From assembly GCF_009914755.1 (NCBI RefSeq), contig NC_060926.1: 64,000 nucleotides of DNA; one strand, written 5' to 3'. Within the stretch, counting starts at the first letter, position 1. Each line of letters opens with the position of its first letter. This document shows, piece by piece, positions 54,575 to 64,000 of the stretch. Source of the stretch: the human T2T-CHM13v2.0 reference genome, Homo sapiens. The notes beneath the pieces are model-generated. The model was given only the letters and a program-made list of their open reading frames with translations, was not told the origin of the DNA and made no database searches. The translations under genes were made by a program, and so were the position numbers.

Positions 54575-57500
54575 GTTAAGAAATCTTTGCCCCTCTCCAA
54601 ATCAGAGATTTTTACATTTATATTTTGTTCTGTAAGTTTTATAGTTTTTGTGTTTACATTTAGGTCACTTTCAAATTAATTTTTTGTGTATGATGTGAGG
54701 TAAAGAGAATGTTTCATTTCTAAAATGTATATCTAGTTGTTCCAGAAATATTTACTGAAAAAATACTTTCTCCGTAGATTATCTTGACACCTTTGTTGAA
54801 AACCAGTTGACCACATATGTGTGAATTTAATTCTGGAATTTCTGTTCTTCTCCATTGATCCATATATCTATAATTCCACCAATAACATATTATCTTCATT
54901 ACTATAGTTTTATATTACATCTTGAAATAGATATTGTAATCTCAACTTTGCATTTGTTCCAAAATGCTGTGGCTATTCTAAATTTTTTGTATGTTCATAT
55001 AATTACTAGAAATAACTTGGCAATTTCTAAAAATAACACTTTTGGAACTTAGATTTGAATTCTATTAATCAATAGATTAACTTGGGGGATAATTTACATC
55101 TTAAAACTTGATTTTCTAAATTAATGAACATGGTTTATTTCTTTTTTAATTTAGATCATCTCTAGTTTCTCTCAGGAATTTGTTGTACATATTTAATTAA
55201 ATTTATCACCAAGTATTTAATATCTGTAATAATGTCATCTCTTTCATTCCTGATATATTTATTTTGTGTTTTTTCTATTATTTTCAGAAGAATATATTGA
55301 GGATCAGTCTATATGTAGGATTACCAATTTTTTAATTGATAATAACCAGCTTTTATTTCTGTTGATTTTTGCTATTGTTTATCCCTTTAAATTGATATTC
55401 ATTCATGTTTTTCTTGTTTTTTACTGTTCAGTCTGAAACAGCAAAAGGTCTAACATGGTATCCTATTTTTGTGCATGCACACACACACACAAACATGTAC
55501 TGTTATACTTATTCTATTAGAATAGAAAAAGCTCTGATCAGAGCTAGGCTTTTAATTATTGACAAAACTTTTTGCGTAGGTTTTCCTATACCCCAATTTC
55601 TCATAAGGTTACACAATGAAGGCAGATGTCACCTTTGCATACAGTGCACAGGAAAGAAACTCTAACATTATGATTTTCAGAGGTCATATAGGGCAGCTGA
55701 TACATTCACTCCTCCTCCCCTCCAGAGATGGAGAAAGAAAGATTTTGACTCTGGAATGTAATCATATCTTCCCTCTGGGTAGGAGGGTAAGGTTTCTGGG
55801 ATTTTATTACTCTTTGGAATGTAAAAATATGTCTCTGGCATAGTTGTCTCTAAAGCTCTCTGGAGATCTCTCTTTTTAGGGTTTCTATTCAATCATTTTT
55901 CACTCCAGGTACCACCTACCCAGCTCAGAAAAGTCCTGAGCAGTATATATTTGAAAATAGCCATAAATCATTATTTTCCAACACCTTCCTTCTACTTACT
56001 TTGATTTATTTTTCTTTTCCAAGCTTAATGTAGAAGCTCAGATACTGAGTTTTAGAACTTTTTCCTTTTTAAAATATAAGCTAATAAACCCATAAATTTC
56101 ACTTTAAACTTCACCTAGCAGCAGATATGTTGTATTTTCATTATCATTCAGTTATAAGTACTTTATAATATTTCTTAGCATTTGACACATAGTTCATTTA
56201 AAATTGTGTTGTTTAATTTCCAAATATTCAGGAATTTTTCATATATCCTATTGATATTTTTTTCTGGTTTAATTCAATTGTGGTCTAGAACATGCTCTGT
56301 AGTATTACAATAATTCTAAATTTATTAAAACTTGGTTTATAGCCCAGTTTATGGTCTATTGTAGTAAAAGTTCAATATCCACTTGAAAGTAATGTGTATT
56401 CTTCAGCAGGTAGGTGGCATGTTCTATAAATGTCAATTTGATCAAATTGATTGATAGCATAGTTCGGGTCTTCTGTATACTTAGTGATTTTCTGTCTACT
56501 AGGTCTATGAATTACTGAGAGAGGAGTATTGAAATATTCAACAATAATGGGGTTTTGTCTATTTATTCTTGCAGTTCTTTTAGTTTTTTCTTCGTATATT
56601 TTTTAGTGCTTTTTAAAGTTCATATACATTAGGATTTTTAGATCTTCTTTATCTTATTTATAAAATAATAATGTCCCTTTTATCCCTGGTAATATTCCCT
56701 TTTATGAAGTTTATTTTATTTATTTCATAAAAGAGAATCTGTTTACAAATTCCCTTTGAAAAATCTGTTTATAGATATTAGTATAGAGGTTTCAGCTTTG
56801 TTCTGATTAACATTTGCATAATATATCCTTTTCCATGCTTTTACTTTTATCATATATGTGTTTCTATATTTCTAGTAGCTTTTTTTTCTACACAGTATAT
56901 AATTGAATCTGCTATTTTGTCTAGATTGGCAATCTATGTCTCTTAATTTAAGTGTTTAGAACATTCATATTTAATGTAATTATTGGTACCCTTGAGCTCA
57001 AATTGGTTCTTTTCACTATTTATTTTCTATTTTTGCATCTTTTTCAGCTTCCCCCCCTTTTTTTTACTCTTTTAACTAACTAATATATTTTTTCATATTT
57101 GATTTTATCTCTAATATTGGCTTATTGGCAATAATTCTGTGCTTTATATTTTAGTAGATTCATTCGAGTTTTCAATATACATCTTTAACATATCATAATC
57201 TAACTCAGAAATTGCCAAGCTTTTTCTGTGAAAGGCCAAATAGTAAATACTTTTGGCTTTATTGGCCACATAGGGTCTCTGTCATATATTCCTTTTAAAA
57301 ATAACACTAAAAATGTAAAAAACTTTCTTAGCTTGTGGACCTTACAAAAACAAGACTCAGAAGAAACTTGGGCTATGACCATAGTTTGCTAGTCATTACT
57401 GCCAATTATTTATATTTGAAGCTTCAAATATAAGAAATTTCACATATAATATAAGGAACTTAACAACAATGTGATTTTCCCCTTCTATCCTTGATGCTAT

Positions 57501-58860
57501 TTTGTCATATATTTTCCTTCTGCATATAAGCCTCACTATTTGTCATTATAAATGTTACTTTGAATAGTCAATTGTCTTTTAAAAGAAATTGAAAGGCAAA
57601 GAAATAGTCTTATATATTTTTCTATGTATTTATTATTTCAGGTACTCTTTTTCCAAGTATATGTCTAGTATCACTTTCTTTCAGCTTGAGGAATTTTTAA
57701 GTTATTTAATATTTTTAACATTTCTTCTTGTGCTAGTCTGCTGTATATGAATTCTTTCAGATTTTGCTTGTCTGCAAAAATGTTTACTTAACCTGCAACT
57801 TTGACATGAATATTCACTCAATATAGAATTATTTGTTGATTTTTTTTGGCACTTTAAATATGTCACTCTGTTGACTTTGGCTTGTGTTTTTCCTGACGAG
57901 TAGTATATGAGCATTCTTATGTTTGTTTCCCTACATGTAGAATGTCAATTTTTTTGTCTTGTTCTTTAAATATTTTTCTTTTCATCATTGGACTTCAATA
58001 ATTTGATTATGATGTTGCTTAGCATGACTTTCTTTGAATATCTGTTGATATATCTCATCAAATTTGAAATATTTTTATTTTTCCTGTATCTTTTTTGCCT
58101 TTTTCTTATTTTCCCCACTTTCTTTCACTCCAAGTACATATATATTAGACCACTTCATATTGTCCCACAGATGACTTAGGGTCTAAGTATTTTTTTAGTC
58201 TTTTTTTCCCTGTGCTTTTGAATATATTTGAATATATTTTACTGTTATATCTTCAAGTTCATTGATTCTTTTTTTTTCTTCTGAAGGGTTTAATATGCTG
58301 TTATGCCTATCCAGTAGCATTTTCATTTCAAATGTTACAGTTTTCACCTGTAGAAATTCCATTTGTTCTTTTAAAAATATCTTCTATTTCTGTATTATCA
58401 AGTATATGTTTTCCTTTAAATCACTAGACATATTTAAATAGAACATTTTAAAGATTTTTCTGCTAATTTCATCATCTTTGCTATGTTTGGCTCGGCTTTT
58501 ATTAATTGCTTTTTCTCTTGGTTACGATTCCAATTTTGCTACATTTTGTAACTTGGCATAGTTTTTTCAAGGTCTTTTTAAAAAGCATTGTTAGATTAGG
58601 TCTAAAATAGCCTTTACTCTAGAGTAAATTTAACCTTGCTTGTAAGGTGTGACGCTTCTGATATTTCTATTGAATGCTTCAGATATTCAACAAGATCTTC
58701 CTATTATGGCTGGTAAACACTTGCATGTTAGCCAGCCATATTTGAGCTTTGCGAATTGTTCAGCCTATAGCTCCCTAACAGCTTATCTATATAAACCAAG
58801 CTTCATAGTGTTTCACCTGGTGCATATGCAGATTGTTTTCAACATAGGATTTCGCCTATA
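54575..58860 (-). mobile_element. Old antisense L1M (L1MC/ME-type) ORF1-ORF2 fragments, interrupted at ~55425-55980 and by MER58
   Basis: T-rich reverse L1 segments (acctttgttgaaaaccagttgacc, ttactgagagaggagtattgaaat, tgaattctttcagattttgcttgtctg). Confidence 0.82.
57206..57400. mobile_element. MER58-family MITE (opposite orientation to 46183 copy)
   Basis: tttttctgtgaaaggccaaatagtaaatactttt ggcttt...ggccacatagggtctctgtc...ccatagtttgc. Confidence 0.8.
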
Positions 58861-58887
58861 ATATGGTTATATTGAACAGTAAAAAAC

Positions 58888-59155
58888 AATGGTTTAGCAC
58901 CATCTCCCTGGCGCTGTCTAGAGTTCTCACAAGATCTGATTGCTTGAAAGTGTGTAACACTTCTCCCTTCACTCTCTCTCTTCCTCTTTTTGCCATGCAA
59001 GATGCGCCTTGTTTCTTCTTTGCCTTCTGCCATGATTGTAAATTTCCTGAGGCCTCCCCAGTCATCTGGAACTGTGAGTCAATTCGACCTCTTTTCTTTA
59101 CAAATTATCCAGTCTCAGGTATGTCTTTTCATCAGTGTAAGAATGGACTAATACA
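58888..59155 (+). mobile_element. MaLR LTR 3' part (MSTA/THE1-like)
   Basis: ggtttagcaccatc...ttgccttctgccatgattgtaaatttcctgaggcctcccc...gaatggactaataca. Confidence 0.88.
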
Positions 59156-59463
59156 GCCTAAGACTCTTGGGGATCCTTAGGTAGATTTCTAGAAGTCTTT
59201 TTCTGAATAGCTCCCTCTTCTCCAGCTGCCTTATCCTTGTATTTCTGTGTCTGTCCCCTGACCACTGTGAGCATGAGTTCTATTTTGCCCTGGCAGAAAG
59301 CCAAGGAGCTTATAGGCTTCATCTCATTTGCTTCTCTAGCAGGGTCTGCATTCCTGTGCGTCTTGTTATCCAGTGGTTGAAAACAGTTGCTTCATATATT
59401 TAGTCTAGCTCTCTAATCATTTAGTTGTTTGTGGTGGAAAACAAGACCCCTATCATTTACTAC

Positions 59464-59625
59464 GGGGGTGTCCAATCTTTTGGCTTCCCTGAGCCACACA
59501 TAAAATACACTAACACTAACAATAGCTAATGAGCTAAAAAATGCAAAAAAAAACCTCATAATGTTTTTAAAAAGTTTATGAATTTGTGTTGGACCACATT
59601 CAAAGCCATCCTGGGCTGCATACAG
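59464..59625 (+). mobile_element. MER30 hAT-Charlie MITE
   Basis: ggggtgtccaatcttttggcttccctg...cacataaaatacactaacactaac...cattcaaagccatcctgggc. Confidence 0.88.
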
Positions 59626-59749
59626 TCTTGAAATTCTTCTGTCCTTAAAATCGATGAAGGCTTTATGGTAAAGCCTTGCTCCAATGGCTATGTAGACAAG
59701 GTGGGAATATCAGTGGAGAGTGAGTTCTGTGAGTGTCTCTCATTAAAGG

Positions 59750-60150
59750 GTATTTACAAATACAGTGGTGGAAGAGTAATTATTTTTGTTTGGAGAGGGA
59801 TTAGAGAAAGCTTTACAGAGGAGGAGAGAGATGTTAGGGAGTCTTGAAGGATAGAAAATATGAAGATTTAAGAGAGGCAGTTTCCCAAGCAGAAGTACTG
59901 TGTGGAAGACAGAGACATGAAATGGAATATCTTGAGCATGTAAGTTTGAGGAGGAAGGTATGTGGACTGGAAGTGTAAACAGGAAGAACCCTGATTGCAT
60001 GCTATGGTATTGAGTTTAGTCTTTATCCAGTAGTGGAAAGAAAGGCTTTAAGGAGAGAAATTATTTGTTTAGATAGGTAGAAAACAAAACTTTGTGCTGG
60101 CAGTATGGAAAATTCATTAGTGGGAATTATGGCTGGAGACAGTATAATTC
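59750..60150 (-). mobile_element. L2 relic
   Basis: agagaaagctttacagaggag...gagtcttgaaggataga purine-rich L2 body. Confidence 0.6.
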
Positions 60151-60172
60151 TTTTGCAGTGTTCTTCAACTTG

Positions 60173-60398
60173 CAGTGTTTTTCAACTTGTAACCGATAAA
60201 TGAGGTTTTAAAATCAATATTTCTTTAATAGTGGAACCAAATAGAGTATAACAGTGTACATCACACATTAATAAGAAGAATTTTTTTTTGGAACTTATGT
60301 TTCACCAATATATGTGCAGTTTTATTGATGCATGCTTATAGTGAGTTGTAATGTAAACATGTATCTTCATGGTGATAAGAAAAGTTTGAAAGTCACTG
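60173..60398 (-). mobile_element. Charlie4z-like hAT relic
   Basis: Termini cagtgtttttcaa...aaagtttgaaagtcactg; the left terminus is tandemly duplicated (60154-60187). Confidence 0.6.
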
Positions 60399-60443
60399 CT
60401 TTAATAGACTATGAAAATTGTCTAGGTAAAGATTATGAAGATG

Positions 60444-60658
<215 letters not shown>

Positions 60659-62337
60659 TTAGAATTTAGCCAAGGCATTAAAAATGAGAAAAAATAGGAA
60701 TGATAATGAAAATGTAAAATGTATAGGATTTAGAGTTTAGTGAGTTATGTGGCTTGAGGGTATCAGATAAGTACAGGATGGCATTTCTGTGTCTAATTTA
60801 TATAATTGGGTGTTGATGACTTTATTCCAAATATAAGTGCTAAAGGAGGAGGTACAAATTTTGGGAGAAGCGATATTACTGCAGACAAAGAATCAAAGAC
60901 TCAGAGGGTGGTTAGGAAAGGATCCAAAGCCTTTTTACTAAACAGTAAAAGTTAATTTGAGCTATCATCATCTGTTTGGCCCTTGGAGAGGAGAAATGAC
61001 AGGAAGAAAAGTGTAACAGCAGAGTAACCTAAGAGTAGATATACCAAGTTGGGCAACAGCCTAAATGAAGTCAGACATTTTCTTCTCAATATATTATTTT
61101 ATTTTTTTGTCTTAAAAAAAGCATTTTATGATGAAGGAAAGCCCATTGGGTGATTTTGACAAAATATAGAAATATAGGAAGATAGATAGAAGAACCATAC
61201 ATTATATGTAATACATGAGACCTTAAGCCCTTGATGACATTTATCTTCACTTGTGAGAAGAGATTTAATAAAGTAATTTATTAGGTCTCTTCTCACTCAT
61301 AAAAAGAAATGTCATAAAAGACCTATTCCTTCATATATTCTCCATATATTGAGTATTAATCCTTATATTCCTAACTCAGTATCATAGGCTAAATTTTCAG
61401 TAGTTCTGCTTTAGAGTAAAACAAATGTAGATGCTAAGAAACATCTTAAATTTTAAGGACAGAGAATTTCAAGACTGGTCGATGCTTTTGAGTTCCTCAA
61501 TCTTAAGTGCATATTTATTTTCAGAAAAGAACTAACCTTGGGACATAAGCGAAACATGATTTCGGTTGGTTAAATTGAAATGCAAAATAAGATGTCTGTT
61601 TCTGTTTAGATGATAGAGCTAACACTTTACATGGACCAAGTCTACTTCCCAACCACACCTTTCCCAGAGAAAAAGTGACAAGGTTGTTGATGATTTCTTT
61701 ACTCTTAGAAAGAAAGCTCAATTCAGAGTCTACAGTGTGTAAGACAGCAGAGTTATCATCAAATATAAAATTCAACTATTTAAAAGATAGTAATTTGAAA
61801 GCCATATAAAGTTTAAAACAAAGTTTACAAAAATAACTGGGAAGATAAAGAATTTGAGTGCAAGTTAATTCCAGCTCAATTTATTATTTTTAAAGTCAAT
61901 GAAAATGATGCCAAATTCAATTTAAACATTAAAGTTTGTGCTATTTTAGTTATATATTTTAGCCGCTCCTAAAACATGACTGTTTTTCACCTTTGCCTTT
62001 TGGGTGTCTCTGCACTTGGGAAGGGAACTGTCTTGTCCAATAAATTTCCAGGTATATCTTCAGTTGCTTGAGACATGAGCACAATGATATAATGCACAGC
62101 AAATACGAAATGACTTCAGAAATTGACACAAATTCCTAAAATTGACACAAAGTGACAGGTCTTTTCAAAGGGAAAGTCAGCTGACATTGGATTGGGTTAT
62201 CTTTCTCAAAACAGCACTTCAGCTCCAGCAGCATAGGTAGGTGGAAAGGATTTGTAAGGAAATGGACAAAAGAATGTGACGTACTTTGATAAATGGCCAT
62301 AGTAATAGGTCCGTATAAAGCACAGACCCCTTTATTA

Positions 62338-62400
62338 GTTAAAAATTCGAACTCAAAAACTTGATTTATGTTAAAAATTCTAACTCAAAGACTTCATTTT
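62338..62400. repeat. ~32-bp diverged tandem duplication
   Basis: gttaaaaattcgaactcaaaaacttgattta / gttaaaaattctaactcaaagacttcatttt. Confidence 0.75.
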
Positions 62401-62640
62401 TATTTTGAAAAATCTAAAATGCTTCTCATATGTGAAAATACAGATTCCAAAAGTCTGATTCAGCTCTAGCTTGTTAAGCAGAAAGCCTTGTAAGAATATG
62501 ACTATTAGTTTTAGAATTGTGGATGACTGCCTCTACAATAAAGAAACACTTATTTTAGGTAGAGGTGACATTGCAATTCGCAGAAGCAATATGATTAGCT
62601 TCCTTTTCTCAAATGTGCGCTGGCCCATCTATATACAGTA

Positions 62641-63020
62641 CAGTAGTTCCCTCTTACCCGTGGTTTCACTTTCTGCATTTTCAGTTACCAGGAGTCAACT
62701 GTGGTCAGAAAACAGGTGAGTACAGTACAATAAGTTATTTTGAGAGATAAACTGCATTCACATGATTTTTATTACAATGTATTGTTATAATTGTTCTAAT
62801 TTATTAGTTATTGTTGGTAATCTCTTACTGTGCCTAATTTATAAATTAAACTCTTCATCATAACTATGTATATATAGGAGAAACAGAATGTTTTTGTATA
62901 TGGTTATAGTTAGTGAGCCATATACATGGTTCAGTTCTATCCATGGTTTCAGGCATTCCAGTTCAAGATCCACTGGGGGTCTTGGAATATGTCCCCCATA
63001 TATGGATATGAGGGAATTAC
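62641..63020 (+). mobile_element. MER44A-like TcMar-Tigger DNA transposon
   Basis: TA then cagtagttccctcttacccgtggtttcac...aggtgagtacagtacaataag...ctgggggtcttggaa. Confidence 0.88.
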
Positions 63021-64000
63021 AACATAAGCAAACGCCATGTCAGTAGCTTAGTGAGTACAAAGTAGTGTCTTATATGTAGTAGAAAAAGTATTTTAAATTT
63101 TATGCTAGCTCTTAATTATAAATTTCATTACAAAAATTATAAAATATACAAAAGTATATAGAAGCAAAAATTGGAGACTCCCCTCTTTCACTCATGTTTT
63201 TGCTAGATCCATTATTAACAGATCAGATATTAGAAATAGATTGCTTTTGGCTTTTAATAATTGAGTTAAGACAAAAAAACCTGTTTTTTTTTCATTAAAA
63301 AGTCAATTTCAGCATAAAATTAGTGAACTAATATATCTAATTATAGAAATGTTATCTTTTCATATACATTGCTATGACTTTAGCATAGAAAGGAAGCATG
63401 AGTAAAATGTGCAAAATAGAATTATTCCAAAAGGAGAATAAACATTGCTTATTTTTATTTAAATATAATGATGATATTGGTTCTCATAGAAGTGAACTAG
63501 TAGTGGTTGTTTTTCTTCCTGCAGTCTCCCATTTAATAATGTTCACATATATCTCTGCTATTATGGGTGGAGTGCTTCAGATGGCAGCACTACAAACTGG
63601 GGATTTTCATCAGTTATCTTCAAAATCTCATAAAAAATTTCTGCTCATGCAGATTTAAGCAACATGAAGATTTCTATAAGCCATTAACACTTGCTCCTAT
63701 ATCAGAGATACCAGATTTTTGCTGACCAAGGGAGCAAAGACAGTATGTTGTAGCTGTTTCCTAAAATGAGTAGGGGCATCCCTTTCCTATCATCCCCTTT
63801 CATGACCCCTTTTGAAATGGTCATGAAAGTGTCCTGATAGTGCAATCTTCCTGGGTATAAATGTGCACAGGTTATATAGTGTATCTCGATAAAGTCTATA
63901 GGAGAAACAGGTAAGTGTGAGAAAAGTGGTGAAAATTGTGTACTCTGAGGAGTGTGTACAATTGATATATATCCGGCATGAGACTTTGAAAATATTCTTT

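Noticed and set aside
62705-62722. Strong donor CAG|GTGAGT
   Set aside because: Essentially part of the MER44A consensus, with no independent support

Overview
AT-rich, CpG-poor primate (very likely human) non-coding DNA, intronic or intergenic, and about half transposon-derived. It carries nine Alu copies (AluJ, AluS, AluY types), a 5'-truncated L1PB1-like element, a near full-length decayed L1MA4-like element, mosaics of older L1M fragments on both strands, many L2/MIR relics, a CR1/L3 relic, several MaLR LTRs (MST and MLT1 types), an ERV1 solo LTR, an LTR33-like element, and DNA transposon relics (MER5A1, MER58, MER30, Charlie4z, MER44A). I can support no intact protein-coding gene, tRNA, rRNA or CRISPR array. 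The listed ORFs are Alu, L1, LTR or CR1 fragments, or chance ORFs. I found no evidence of a new multi-gene system. Most interesting: an ~83-bp local templated copy inside the L1MA4 5' UTR, two near-perfect palindromes, tightly spaced inverted Alu pairs, a divergent MaLR LTR pair, a repeat-poor CpG/GC-box/ETS island with a first-exon-like donor, and several well-formed candidate exons on the + strand, including a frame-preserving 42-nt one. Subfamily names come from recalled consensus features, not a database search, and the ends of old repeats are approximate.
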